Source: Camelus dromedarius
Taxonomy: Eukaryota
NCBI RefSeq assembly: GCF_036321535.1
Contig: NC_087455.1
Coordinates: 12,462,001-12,526,000, forward strand
Length of the DNA: 64,000 bases
Direction of reading: 5' to 3'
The notes under the pieces were generated by a model. The model made no database searches. It was given only the letters and a program-made list of their open reading frames with translations, and was not told the DNA's origin. Shown here piece by piece: positions 1 through 14,160 of this stretch (position 1 is its first letter; each line of letters opens with the position of its first letter). Both the position numbers and the translations under genes were made by a program.

Positions 1-43
1 TCAACCATTGCCTTGTCCATGCTGTATTCACTACTCACTTCCG
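1..43 (-). CDS. NSMCE2: NSMCE2 second coding exon, 5' part (continues beyond window start)
   Basis: Acceptor ttttttttcccccAG at 45-44. A|CG joins the upstream exon in phase 1 to read T-EVSSEYSMDKAMV(E), matching NSMCE2/MMS21. Confidence 0.95.
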
Positions 44-419
44 CTGGGGGAAAAAAAAGAAAGCAATTATTATTTTCCATTTAAAATGCCACAGCTGGAA
101 AAAGCTGTAGCAACACAATTTATTAGTCAATGGTCTATCTGAGTGATTTCGTAAAGGTATTACATATTTTTTAAAATGTCTTCAACATATGCCTGCTTCA
201 TTCAAAATTCAAAGACACCCAGTAGAAAAAGGCTCAAAGGTAGAAAGGTTGACTCAAGCCTAAGACATTGAAGGCTTAGCTGAACACTTATCTGTATGAT
301 CTTAAATCAACCACCACACTCTTCTCAGCCTCTGTTCCCTCATCCACTAAAGCAGCTCAGTTATATATCCGCACGCAAACCCCACAGGATTGTTAAAAAT
401 CAAATAAGGAAGATTTCCA

Positions 420-1330
420 CTTCTAGTAATGGTAGGTTGTGTTATGTGGACCAATACCCCACTGAAGACAACTAAAACAACTGGAAAAAATGGGAAAAAA
501 AGAAATCTTAAAAACAAAAGAGTCACAAGATAGTAAGAAATAATCAGGGCAAAATCTAAGGAAAACTGAAAAAGAGAAGCAGAGCACAGGACACCAAAGC
601 CACACACCCTCCCCCAGTAAGCTGGGTCTCCACTCCTCAGAATAAAGATGAACTGGAAGTAATCCCACCCTGCTCCTCCAGGCCGCAGGGAAGTTGCCCT
701 TGGCCACTGAACAGAACAGAGGGAAGAGGGAGAGAAAATAAACCTGTTTCTGAAAAACTGTGGTAACAAGCCAGCCCTCTCGGATTTGTCGGCTGGGTTC
801 CCCTCACCTGAGTGGTCCTGGGAACCTAAGCTCTGATCTTGGTGGGAGGTGGTCTCACACTGAAAGTACCCACAGGTACTCCCCTCTGGAGAAGACACTT
901 TCATTCAAGGCCTCAAATAACCCTACACATAACTGTTAAGGATAACAAGTGGACTACGGGGGAGAACATACAGCAAAAATAAAACAGATAAACAAAACCT
1001 TATAAACCCTAAAGAACACACGAAAACAAGCCATCAAGAGCAAGAATCAGCAGAAAGAGATCCACTAATGTTTCAGATAGTAGAATTACACATCACAGTA
1101 TGAAACAGCTATGCTTGCTATGTTCAAAAAATTAAAAGACCGCCAGGGAACAGGAGACTATGAAAAGTAACTAGTGATTAGAAAAGTGAGACGATATTCT
1201 TAAAAGTGTTTTTAAACTGTTTTCTTTTTTTTTCAAGCTCTAAACAGAATATAATAGATCAGGAAAAGATAGAGAACACAGGATAATAAAAATTTTAACA
1301 CTAAAAAAGCTGAAAGAAATGAAAAAAAAG
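420..1330 (+). mobile_element. Old L1 fragment (5'UTR/ORF1-proximal region)
   Basis: A-rich decayed sequence resembling the start of L1M ORF1 (aagccatcaagagcaagaatcagcagaaa...gctatgttcaaaaaattaaaagac). Confidence 0.55.
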
Positions 1331-3934
1331 CTGACGTCCTTAAATCACATTTGGGAACGCACACCAAAGACTTCATTCAATTACCTTAGCTCAAACAAAT
1401 GTCAGTATTTCTTGTCTACTCTGAAGAACAATACGACAGGTCATCTCAAAGCCATGAAATAATGTAAAATTCACTTACATTTGGCTTTTCAAAAATGATT
1501 TTCCTAAACTTTTAAATTATGCTTCAGCTGTATGATAGTCATTTTTATAAGCACATTCCATAAACTATCTCCTGGGTTACCCTGCTTCTGGTAGAATACC
1601 TCTTAGCTTGTAACATCTAGACTTCAGGGAATACACATATACCTCAATATAAGTTTTGTTTGTTTCTTTTTGAGGAGTGGGAAAGGGCAGTGTTTAGATA
1701 AGAAAAAACTGTATTTACATTCCCAAAATTAAATACAACATTTTAAACAAAATGGTGTATGAAGAAAGTCTCAAGTCATGTTCCAAATAAAATTCTTAGA
1801 CCATCAATTACAGGTTAATGTTCTGAAAATGTCCAAACATCAATGAAGGAGACAGGCTGCAGAGCTGTTGCTGGTACCGATGCGTACCTATTGCCATATA
1901 TACGGCAACTGTTTGTTAAAAATCATATTAATTGCTTGATGATCAGGAAGAGAATTTTAAATAATTTATATCCTAATAATGGAAGGTTGTGACTTATATA
2001 GGCATTTTACTGTATACAGTTACATTTCAGTAAATCGGTTAGGGGTTTAGGGTTGACCTGTAATTTGCATTAATTTTTTCCCATTTAAAATAATGAAAAA
2101 TAGACCCCTGGTTTCACACAAGCCTTACCTAGGTAAAGGAAATGATGGTGTTGGGTTTTTTCTTTTTTTATTTAGTGGAATCAGTATGTTTTATGGATAT
2201 TGGATTCTGATACTGGGTAAAGTTGGTAACCTGAGCAAAGACTAATAGTATAAACTGCTTTTTCAAAAATCCAATAATTAGAGGCAACTTCAAACTAAAT
2301 AGAAACCCACTAAAGGATGTATCAGGGGCAAAAGTCCTTGAAGAATAAGAAATAAAAGTTTGTCAGGAGTTTAAATCAGTGGGAATTGACATAATGTTGG
2401 CAACCCCCCTCTGGAATTACATGAGCTAATTTTTGAAAGCACTTAGAAATGTGCCTTCAACATTAAAAATGCTATGAGAAGGCCTGCAGAGTAAGCAGGA
2501 TGATGGTTCTCTTCATCAGGGTCCCATGGATAACAGCAAGACCTGAACCAGATAGCCATTTCAAATACAAGGCCAAGGAGACTTTTCCCGTGGAGGAGAA
2601 AAAGTGAGCCATGGCTGGGCCAATATTTGATGGCAGGAAGCCCAAGGGAAGCATCTGCTGAGGCCAACGGTAGCTTACACTAAGGCTTACATTGAGGCTC
2701 CAGGGCCTGGGAATGTTGGGACAAGCTAAAGAACCAAAGTGGTGAGCAGTGCAGCCTGAGGCAACAGAGGGAAAACACTGGAAGAGAGCAGGAAGCGACT
2801 CCTGAAAAGAGCTGAGAATCACAGCACACCTGGAAGTGATGCTCAGTCAGACAGCTGCAGGCAGTTGTCTCTGCGTCTTGCTGGGGCAAAGGGCTCAGAG
2901 ACCGGAGACGAAGAACCAGAAGAGACTCCCATAATGGTGTCTGGAAGAGAGGTCACGAGAACCCACTACAGCTATTTTAAGATTCTTTTTGTGATTCTTT
3001 TCGTTCTTCTTGCTAACCCTCATTCCCCTTATTATTACAATAGCAATCTCTTTTTAAGGATGTTATTTGTGCTCATGTTTCAGAAACACCAGGCAAAGGA
3101 AGGCACAGGGAATGTGTCCTGTTCTAAAGAACTGAGGTGGGGAAAGAGCTTGAAAAAGGCAAACAGGCTAAATAAATCCCTGAAGAACTCAGGAGAAAAA
3201 AAGCGATAAACACACAAACAGGGAGTTGTTAACTAAAAAGTGTCCAGGGTTGGGGGACAGGTGCAGAGGAACCGCCCAGCCAGAGGTTCCTTGCTCCTTT
3301 ATTCACACAGGATACCTTCCCACTATCAAAATGCTCCCGCTCTTACAGGGAAAGCCTTTCTTTAAAAACCCACACCAACCAAATCCTACACATCCTTCAA
3401 GGGTTGAGCGCAAGCCCTACCTGCTTTTAAATTATACCAGCCTAGAAGGATCTCACTTAATTTATCTTAACAACTATATTTGAAACTTTGGCATTTTGAA
3501 CCATAAACAATCTTGTCTTCTTATACGAACCTGTCTCATTTCTCCAAACAGATTTCAATCCATTTGAGGGCAAGAATGATGCCTTGGTGTTCTTGGGATC
3601 CAACAAAGAATTACAGCAACTCTTCCTTCAATAGTCTTACATGGCCATTATAAAATAAATTTGAAAAATAAACTTTCACCAGACTATAAACTGTCCTGCC
3701 TCTGATGTTCAACTGAAGTAAAATGTAAAGAAGACATGTAATATAAACTCATTTGCCTATTCTATTTTCATTGTGATTTTTCCATAGGAAAAAGGTTAGC
3801 AACAGCACAGGGCGGTTACAAAAATGATGTTAAAATTCACAGAATGACAATCTCAGAGAGGAAAATATTACTGTACCACACCTCTGCAAGCTTGGAAAAT
3901 AATCTCAATGACAAAAAATATATATAATAATAAT

Positions 3935-4140
3935 AGCTGTAGCTAACAATTAGTAAGCACTTATTATGAGCCAAGACTATACTCAGTGCACCATATTTAC
4001 ATTAAACTTCACAGCCACATTAATAGATAGGTAGTTTTATTTCCACTACACGTATGAGAAAGCTGAAGCACTAAGCAGTTGAAATAATTTGCTCAAAAAC
4101 ACAAAGGTAGGGAGTAGCCAAGCTAAGCCTCCAACTCCGG
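3935..4140 (-). mobile_element. MIR SINE
   Basis: Reverse MIR core (tgagaaagctgaagcactaagcagttgaaataatttgctcaaaaacaca). Confidence 0.65.
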
Positions 4141-7100
4141 CCCTCTGGCTGCAAGGTTTGTACACCGGCCCGCCTGTGCTAAAAGGTGCTTGAGTACGAG
4201 AAAAACAAGCACCTCCAACTCCTCCAAGAATATGGAGGGAACAAACCCCTGGGGTGGGAGGAAGTCACAGCTCTGGGCTTCATCTCAGATCCAGGTCGTC
4301 TGTTCCAAGCAGGACCCTGGCCAACACCACTCAACTGCTCCCTCAGAAAAGCTTTTCCAAATTCCTTAGTAGAGGAGACTGATAACTAAAAGAAAATAAT
4401 TTTTCCCTTTTAGAAGATTACTAAGTTTTAATGCTGATGAAGAGTGACCCTTCCCATCATCACAGCTAATTGGAGAGGCTATAAAAGCAACCAAGTCACC
4501 CACTGAACGTCAGGAGAATAAGTCAGCTCGAGCAGTTGAGAAGTCAATGTGTGCGCGGTCAAGAGCACCGGCAGCCAGAGTGGGCAGCTGCAGCCACGCA
4601 AGGGCAGCAGTACAGGACTGCTCCAGGGCAAGGCAAGAGCCCTGGAAGGCTTCACATCGCAGCAGAGGCCTCCACGTGGAGCCCAGTGTCAAAACCATTT
4701 CTGTTATCCACGCCCTTGACTGCCCTCCCCTGGCCAAGTAGGGTCTGGGGAATCCAGGAAAATTCTCATTTCTTCCATGTGCCATCCGATGAGCATTAAT
4801 TTATTAAAATCAACCCTTGCTTGTGTTAATCAAATGAACCTAAGTGATGCACTTGAACGTTCATTTACAAGCCAATAAATATGTGGGGAAGTCTCTGGGA
4901 GGAGCTCGTGTAATATGTCTGGCATAGTAATTAAGAAACTTCCAAGACGTTTGTCCAATAACTTGCTGAAATACGTCCCCCTACCCCTGCCCCAGCAAAT
5001 TAAGTCCAGAGGGCACAGATAATCTTTGACTTATATTATAAAATTATTAACTTTCTGTAAGTATGCCAGTAATGTGGCTGCCCCCTGCAAATCTGCCTTG
5101 TCTGTACCTAGTGATCCTGTTCAGAACCATCCCACACACTATATGGGCTGCTGTTGGTACCCAAAGAACTTATAAAGTGTTATGTAGACCAGAAGGGGCC
5201 GTAGAATTAAACCCAGTCTTTAAAGATGGGTTCTGTTCTATTTTGGTTTTCCATGTTCAATGGCAAGCCCTCTAGAAAAATAAAGCATGATAATCACTGA
5301 AGGAGGACTTCTTTTTAGACTGAAGTGCTCTGATATTTATACTAAGCATCTGAATGGATGCAGCTGGCCTGCATATGATTCTCCTAAAGTCAAACAGACC
5401 TATAATTATGCAATCTAGGCAGTCATGCTAATCATTAGACTCGTCACCTGTTACTCAATACCAACACGCACTTACGGTGATATTAAAAGTATTACTATTC
5501 TCTTTTTGAAGTGTTGAATAAGGCATTATAGTTACATGATCAGAAGAACATTAAGCAGAAATGGGTGATTTAGTGCTGCGATCAAATTCAACTTAAAACA
5601 AAATTCATGAGACTTCAGTGAGAGAAATATGAGGGCTGAGGCAGGAACAAGTTTGAAAGCAAAATAACTGTTTACATGGAAACTAACAATCAATGCGGGT
5701 TGTTGTGAATGTGAAAGATGGGTGAAACGAGGGAAGAGAGACAGGCCTGAGAAAGAAAAGGGAGGGAGGAGACTAAGTAGCTATTTTTACAGATGTAGGT
5801 AGGCTCAGGAGGTCCCCTGTGGCTAAGCAAGTAGGTAATAAGCCTGTAATAGCAAAATAATCCTTACATAGCACAGCACAGACTCATGAGTTTATCCAGG
5901 GTGAGTTCCAAGATTGTCTACGGTCAATTTCCAACTCATTTGCTCAAATTAATGCCATTTTCTAGGCTACCGGTTAAAAAAAAAAAAAATGAAGATAAAG
6001 AAGATTCTTTATCGAGGCTTCCTCCATGCGCCCCCACCAGGTAGTACAGTCAACAGACCAATCAAGTTTTTGTTCCACACCAACAATCAGCTCTGCAAGA
6101 ATGGAAGGTAAATGATGCAGTGAAGAGATGCAGCTTCTTGACCAACTGTTCTAAATGAGGCCTCTTCCAAGCCACAGCTGTCCTAAGCAGCAGCCTAAGG
6201 TATAAAAGACAGAAATAAACTCTCCTCCCCAAGGCCCAGCCCTAAGGTTCAGGAAGCACAGCTGAAACAGGTCCAGGAGGACACAGGACCCAGAGCCAAA
6301 CACATTCCCTCATCATCCCTCAAGTCTTCAGCAGACCTGTCTTCTGTGAAACAGACAGGAAAACAGAAACACCTTCTTCCCTCCTCCTTCTCCTTTCCTG
6401 TTCATCACAGGCCCATCTCTCAACACTACCAGATGTCTTTCCTTTGCTCTGCTGTTGCCTGTGATTTTAGCCACAAGGTCCTCTTCCAGAATCCTCCTTG
6501 ACCTTTTATTGTGGACCAAATGCTTCATGCCTTCTAGGTTTGTAAGACTTTTTTACCTTTACAACTAGGACACATGTATGGGTGTGTGTGGCAGGGAGAC
6601 ACATCCTCAAGACAAATTTCACCTACTTATCCCTTCCAACTTTCTGTCCCCGAGTCAACTGCAGTTTTGCGCACGGCCAAGTTGTTTCCTGAAATTTTGT
6701 CCTAAACAAATAAAAATGGCAGAATCAGGTGTTTTTTATTTTACAAAGTCATGTACAGGCATGTCTGAACAGGAATAATACCAATTATGCATAGTTGATT
6801 AAATTTAACTCCATGCATTTCATTAGTAAAATACCAAACCTTTAAGACAAAGCAGACATTTAGTGCTCTTAAGGGGTTGCTGACTCCAGTTCAACATGAA
6901 TCATACACTCAGAAGGATCTGGTAAGTTTTCAGTGCATGACTCTGTTTTGGGTAGGTGGAAGGAAGGGAAGAGGGCAGGGAATCACCTGATTGTATTTTA
7001 ACTTTTCTAGAACAGATCTCATCGATAGTGGGGAGATTTTACTTTCTGAAACAGAGAATAAGTACTTCCTAAACTCTTTAAATTAAAACTTGATTCTTCT

Positions 7101-7669
7101 ATATTTTGTAAATACATGAAATTTCTCCTTTTTGGATAAACTGAAATAAATGACAGTATAAACCATACTGCCTTTCCCTACCTCTACAAAAAACGAACAA
7201 ACAAAACAAAAAAACCCTCCCTCTTTTAAAATATGGCTCCAACTATCTCTAGCCACGTATATTACACACACACCTACTTCTATGAGTTGATGAGTGTGTA
7301 TATTCTTCCTGGCAGCCTCGTATTAAGCAATCATTATATAGTCATCAGGAGTCAAATTTAATGACTTACTCACTGCTTGAGCAATATTTAATAGAAACTT
7401 GGTTACTTCTCACTACACTGTGCTTTAGTCATCATTTTTCCTCCACGCAGGTACTAGTGTGGTAAAATTAAAACTGAATCCACATTACATAACTGCCTCC
7501 CACCAGAAATAACTGTGAAGAATGTAAGTTTATGACACAAACTAGTAAGTAACTGGTTCTTCTGTAAACACAATGAATATGGGGGAAATCTTTATGCAAT
7601 ATTGACCTTTATAATCATTTTTACCCACCTATACAATTTTCTTATAATAATAGAGAAGAAGGAAATTGT

Positions 7670-7915
7670 ATAATATAGTAACTCAAAAAGCCAACTCTGG
7701 AGTCAGTTTACATTCAAATCTAGGCTATTTTACTTTAGAGCTGTGTAGCCTTTAGCAGGTAACTTTCAGTCTCAGTTTCCTCTCCTGGATAATGGGTACA
7801 ATGACAGTATCTAACTTATAAAGCTGATATGTGGACTAAATGAGAAAATGTAGGTAAAATGATCAGCACAGGGCCTGGCCTACAGTACGCATTAACAAAA
7901 TATTATCTGTCATTA
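7670..7915 (+). mobile_element. MIR SINE
   Basis: MIR core (tctcagtttcctc...ataatggg) and 3' tail (cacagggcctggcctacagta). Confidence 0.75.
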
Positions 7916-8083
7916 TAACTATTACAGAATGGGTAACGACTCTGCTAATATAGTCTAAATGCTGAAGATCAACTCTTTAAATTCTCAAATGTTTTTTACT
8001 AAGTTGAGACCAAAGTATTAAGTAGAACTCACAAGACTGCAATGCTCTATGAGAAGCTTTGTAAACACACCCCAACACACCCC

Positions 8084-8084
<1 letters not shown>

Positions 8085-8134
<50 letters not shown>
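8085..8134. repeat. (AC)25 microsatellite preceded by aacacacccc x2
   Basis: Directly visible perfect dinucleotide run. Confidence 0.97.
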
Positions 8135-8136
<2 letters not shown>

Positions 8137-8427
8137 TCAGGAAAGCCATTACCTAGCAAATGCTTATTGGGCACTTACTACATGCCAGGCAGAGGGGAAA
8201 TGCTTTGAAGCAAGAAGGAGCAGCTAACGCTGCCCAAGGAAGGGAGGAAAGGTTTAACAGGTGAGGGGATGAACGCAAACTGTCTTGAAGGGGAAATGTG
8301 TGCCAGATATTCACCAACTTGGGTAGAGGCCAAACAAATGCCCCCCGTCCTCTCCACCGAGGCTGACAGAGTTCAAACGGTCAAGCAAAAACACTGGGAA
8401 TGAACAGAGAAGGAAGGCTAAATCTTC

Positions 8428-8618
8428 ACTAAACACCAACTACATGCCAGGCACTTTGAACATACTACTCATCCTAGCCTTCATTACAACAATGTGAATT
8501 AGGTATTATTAACATCCTTTCAAGATAAGAAAACCAATGTTCACTGAGGCTAAATCATTTGCCCCAGGTCCCAGAGTTAATAAATGGTAGAGTTAGGAAC
8601 TGACCTCAGGTCTGACTT
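8428..8618 (-). mobile_element. MIR SINE
   Basis: atgccaggcact...gataagaaaacc...tcatttgccccaggtccca pattern. Confidence 0.7.
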
Positions 8619-8764
8619 AAAGCATGGAAGGCATGGGCTATAGTATCTGAATTACTACATGGAAATAAATACTTCATTCAAACGTCACGGAATAATGAAT
8701 AATCAGTTTTCTAGCTAAAGAAATTCTTCTAAACATTACCTTCTTTTAAGAGTGAGAGATGTGA

Positions 8765-8871
8765 AAAGGAATATATGTATGTATATATGTATGACTGAAA
8801 CATGATGCTGTATATCAGAAATTGACACAACATTGTAAACTGACTATACCTCAATCAAAAAAAAAAAAAAA
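8765..8871 (+). mobile_element. Short 5'-truncated young L1 3' end with poly(A)
   Basis: tatgactgaaacatgatgctgtatatcagaaattgacacaacattgtaaactgactatacctcaat followed by an A-tail. Confidence 0.8.
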
Positions 8872-10559
8872 GTGAAAGTGAAAGAGACTCACTGATTGAC
8901 TTAAATAGTTCTACCCCAAAGCATTGGAGACCATCTTTCATTAGATAGATAGATATTTCCTTAGAATGTATAGTTCATATTCTATAAATCATCATTGTAA
9001 AGGTAAAACTCAAAATACTGCTTTAAGTAAATTCTATGAGAATTAAATTTATAACATCATAGAACTCAATCTCTGGATACAATCTAGTCTCTACCAGCCA
9101 TCAAAAACACTACAAGTCCCAGGCTATGGGCATCTGTCATTTTAAAACATACCCACAGACCTCTTTTGGCTACCTATTATAAGGCCTTTGAATCTTCAAG
9201 GTCACGTCTATCTTTTACATGATTTAAATCCTTTTGCTCCACCCTTCCCGTCGTTTGTTCCTATCCAACCCCTGGTAGGCTGGAAAGAAACAGTGACTTC
9301 AAGGCAGCAAGCAATATTCACAGCAGCATCCCAGCCAACAAAATTTCAATGACTGCCATTTCTCTCCGGTTTTCAAGTCCTTGGCTGTGCCCAAGTTTTA
9401 GCCACAGTGAGAGGCCTGAAGGCCCAGGAGGCTTAAGGAACAAAGCCTGGCTTTCAGCTCCAGTGAAACATCAAAGCTCTGGTGTGAATTTATGGCAGTA
9501 ATGACAAAAGGAAGGGAGGTTTAAACCTCACGTGAACATTGAAAAGATTAAGCAAGAATGCAGGCACATGATGTCTTAAACACAGTAGACCCTAAATAAA
9601 TGGATGCTATTTTACTGCAAACTACATGTACTTTGCAATGTTCCCCAAATCAAACCTTCAATTTCACTTAAGCTAGTCTCTACTGAATTATGGGGGAATC
9701 AAACCATCTCACTCCCTTTTTCAAATAATAAAGCATATGGATAAGAAATTAATTGAGCATATGGTTGAAAAATTCAAACAGTACAATAATGTGGTGTCTC
9801 CAATCCCCACATTCCTTCCCCAGAGATAACCATTGTTATGAGGTTCTTAGGAATGCCATCCCATGGAAATCCTCTGTGTATGAGGCATCCTCTCTTAAAA
9901 AGGTCTAGAGAAATTAAGATACTTGTAGAAGTAGAGAAATAAGGAATTAAAAATGACCCTACTTGGAGAAAAACAACTCTCAGAATGCATGAAACTGAAA
10001 ATCATACCAATATTCTCTCATGCCCTAGTCTTCAGTGAAGATGTGAAGAGAAAGAATCAGCAGTGGCTGCTTCAGTTTAGGGTCAAAATATCCATTCTAA
10101 CATAACACAAAGGCAAACGAAAACATCTGGGAAAACAACATGAGTATATTAAATACAAGAAAAGAGTGATGCTGAACAAAGAATACAAACGAGTGTTAGT
10201 GGGGAACTTCCATTCACTCACTGGACACACACCTACCAAACACAGTGCATGTGCCTGGCGCTGTGCTGAGTGCCCTGGAGAGAGCAACGAACAAGGTAAA
10301 CACTGTGCCGTCTCACAAAGAACTCTCACAGACTTCCACTCTACACAAAAATTTCTAAAAAGCCCCAATAAGACTATCTGGCCTTTGTCTGGCTCTCACT
10401 ATTATGGGAAAGTGCTTAACAGCTCTAATTATTAGGGTTGTTCCAAAGAGGGAGCTGACTCAGCACCTTCCTAGAACAATTCTAGGCAATGACAACAATA
10501 AATGTGAACTGCTCTTTCACACACATTTACTTACTTGCATCTCATAACCTCCATATAAG

Positions 10560-10690
10560 GTGATTTTATTCTCTGTTTTATGTGGTTGAGGAAACTGAGG
10601 GTCAGAGAGGTTAAGTGATGCCACTGAAGTCATGCCTCAATATCAGAAGTAGAACTTGAACCCTGGTCCTCAACTCCAGAGCTCAGAGGA
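10560..10690 (-). mobile_element. MIR SINE
   Basis: gaggaaactgagggtcagagaggttaagtgatg core. Confidence 0.75.
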
Positions 10691-11261
10691 GCTACCTGCT
10701 GGGCCACAGAGTCAGCTCTTCCAGATCACAGTCCCACAGAGATCTGAAGGACTACTGAAGGTTACTGCTAAACATCTCCTACATTGCGAGTCTTTGCTTC
10801 TCCAGGATAAACAATGATCGTCAAGTTCCTTCAAGTTCCTGCCTCCATTTAAACATGCTTCATTTACCAGTGTCCCTTTCAACAGGTGGACTCCAGAATA
10901 AAAAACAATAATAACAGCCATGGGTTAACCAATTAGGACTATGATAATCCTATTAGTACATGTGTACTACTGTAATCATGGGTTGACCTTGTCGATTAAA
11001 ATAAAAAAATCAACAGCAACTGTTATTAAGCCAGATCTCTCCCTTCCTATATTAGTACCACTGACTTTTTCAACCTAAGATCCAAAACTTAAGATTGTCA
11101 GATTTCATGTCTGAAACCTGGCATTCCATTTCATTCAGGAGGCAGAGGTCTTTCTGAATTTCAAAATGTCATCTAAATATCAGGTAGCCTCCCCTATTTT
11201 CTGTGATCCATAAATTTGACATCCTTACCTCTATTAGTTTTCTTTCAAGAAGTTAAATAAA

Positions 11262-11500
11262 ATAATAGCTAACATTTATTGAGCATTTACTATGTGTCCG
11301 ACACTACGCTAAGCAATTTACAAGTTTCATTTCATTCAGTTCTTACAGTAACTGTGAAAAAGACACCATCATTCCTCTTTTGACGGAAGAAAAAAAAATG
11401 ATCTCAGAGAGGTTTAAGTACCTTGAACCACCATCATACAGATAACAAGCTGTAGAGAGAAGATTCAAATCAGGGTCTGTTAAAAAACAGTCCATGCTTC
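11262..11500 (-). mobile_element. MIR SINE
   Basis: agctaacatttattgagcatttactatgtg...gatctcagagaggtttaagtaccttg. Confidence 0.75.
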
Positions 11501-13009
11501 TAACATCTCAATAATCATTACCCTTTGGGCATAACCCATTTTCACGTCAGAAGACTTTGCAAATACCTTCCTAAGATCTATGCATATTAGATTAGAAAGC
11601 ATCCCTCTTACACAAGAGCAGTCACTCTAGTCAAAAAGAGGGGGGGTGTCAAGGAGAAACTAGAATGATCAAGAACAAAAGCATCAAATAAGTTCATAAA
11701 AGAAGGTGGCTACTCAAAAAAAAAGTTTATAAATAGCAACACCTTAGGCCAGCATATCACCATATTCATTTCAAATAAATTTAAACCAGGAAAATGATTA
11801 CAAATGAGGTCAGCCTACTTTAAAATAGAAAGTTAATTAAGGAACACTTTAATTAAACAGAAATGAAGTCCTCGCTAACTATAAATGTAAGGTCAAGGAG
11901 ATATAAGAAGTTTATTAGATCATAAGACCTACGGTGACAGGGTCTGTGATCTCTGCTGTTTACCGAACTCTCAAGCATTGGTCTAAATGAGAAGTGTTTT
12001 GTTTTAAGAAACATCTCTTTAAGGAAAGAATGGAAGAGCCACAACCACAAAAGGAGGGAACAACTGTATTTCATATTCCTTTCTGTTGGAGGATAATTTC
12101 TATGCTAATTATTTTTGGAAATTAAAATATATTTATTTTATGAAAACGATGGCAAATCAATCCGTTAAAACTTAAATCACTGACAGCTCCAGAAAATAAG
12201 TCTATCATAATACACTCTAAGTGTTACAATATCTGTCCCATTGAATCAGCATTTTTCCTTGTGTTTGGACCTCCACATAGGGCAAGATCCTTAAAAAGAT
12301 GTCTTAGAGATTTTACAAGGCAATTCTTAATTTTCTCATTACCTGTCTCATCTTTCCTAAGATGTTTTATTTTCATTTAACTGACTTAAATCAGTAGTAA
12401 CTCCCAATACTATTTCTGTCTTGCCTTCTTTAAAGGCCTCTTGATGAAAGAAATAATCATCCACAAACCCTTAATTCTATTAGAAATGTCTCAGAGAACT
12501 CTTTGATGGATGAAGTAAACTATTTCTGTAATGGGAATTATCACCCACTAATGTATCTGTTTCTGGAGGACAATTACAATGAACTGCTAAGTAAGAAATA
12601 AAGAACTATTAATATTAAATGAGTAACTAGCTGGTTCTGTACTATCGCAGCAGTATTTATAAAATGGGAGGGTCCAATCAATCACATCCCACATACAGGC
12701 ACCCAGTCTCCACATCCAAATAGAAATAAACCACTTACACCCTGAAGTCATCTCGACTTCTCCCTCTTTGCATCCTCCACATTTAACTAGTTACCAACGT
12801 CTATCAATTCTGCCTGCTCAAGTCAACTGTTATTTCCGTTCCAACTACAGCTGCCTTCAATCTTTGTTTCTATCTCATATTATTGGTTTGCTTCCTTAAT
12901 GATTTTCTTTTCCAATCTCTTTTCCCCTCTAATCCTTCTTCCATGTTGCTACCAATTCTCTCCCTCAAGTACAAGTGATGTTACTCTTGTCTATCAAAAG
13001 CCTCCCACA

Positions 13010-14160
13010 GCACTTCCACTTCTGGCCAAGACGGAGTAACAGCAACCGAATTTATTCTCCTGTCTAAAACAACAAAAAATTCAAAATAAAAATAAATGAC
13101 AAGTGGTTTGCAAGACAACAGACATCAAACAAGGAAGAAGGAAGGTGAGTGATTGGAAACATATGAGGTGAGACCTATAATTGCCCCACCTTACTATCTT
13201 GAGGGCGTTTCCAGGCTGCAGGGCACACAATAGCAATCAAAATTTCAGTAGACATTTTGTAGAAATTGACAAACTGATTCTAAAATTCATACAGAAATGC
13301 AAAAGACCTAGAATAGCCAAAAGAACCTTGAAAATGAAAAGTTGAGGGACTAATATTCAATTTTCAAGACTTATTGTAAAGCTTTAGTAATCCAGATAGT
13401 ATGGTAATGGGATAAAGACAGATAGACCAATAAAACAAAATAGAGAGTGCAGAAGTACAAACATAAAACACATATGGACAACTGATTTGAAAATAAGCAA
13501 AGGCAATTCAGTGGGAAAAGGACAGTCTTCTCAAAAAATGATGCTGGGACAATTGGCTATCATATGCACAAAACAAAAGAAACAAAAAACAAAAACTTTG
13601 ATTTATACCTCATACCTTGCACCATATACAAAAATTTAGTCAGAATGGATCACAGACTTAAATGCAAAACCTAAAGCTATAAAGCTTCTAGAAAACACTA
13701 TAAAGAAAATCCCTGGGAGCTTGGCTTAGGCAAAGATTTCTTAGATACAACACAAAACCCACAATCCATACGAGAGCAAACTGATAAACTGGATGTCATC
13801 AAAATTTAAAACTTCCGCTCTTCAAAATAATCTGTTAAGAGCGCAGATTGGGAGAAGACACTCACAAAGCATGTATCTCATAAAGAACTGTATTCAGAAT
13901 ACAAAAAGAACTCTCAAACCTCAAGTGAAAACAAGAGTCCAATAACAAATGGAAACAAGGTCTGAATAGACCCTTCGCCGGAGTGGAATGCCAAATGAAC
14001 ACACGAAGATACTCAACAGTACTGGTCTTCAGGGAATGCAACTTAAAACACTATCAGACACCACTGCACATCTAAAAGAATGGCTAAAGCTAAGAACAGT
14101 GCCCACAGCAAGTGCTGGTGAGGATATGGAGTGACTACGAACAGTATTCCCTTAATAAAC
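13010..14160 (+). mobile_element. Old L1: 5'-end piece joined to decayed ORF2 3' region
   Basis: cttccacttctggccaagacggagtaac (L1M 5' end), then gtagaaattgacaaactgattctaaaattcata...gctggtgaggatatggag (ORF2 C-terminal region). Confidence 0.8.

Noticed and set aside
347-904. 185-aa minus-strand ORF
   Set aside because: Antisense to an A-rich L1 remnant; biased F/L/S composition; no recognisable protein.
2443-3209. Cluster of 70-116-aa ORFs in non-repeat-looking DNA
   Set aside because: No recognisable family, no consistent splice framework, overlapping frames on both strands. It could still be a conserved non-coding element, which I cannot test.
6028-6042. CTCF-like CCTGGTGGGGGCGC (minus strand)
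   Set aside because: Only the 3' half matches the core, with four mismatches in the 5' half.
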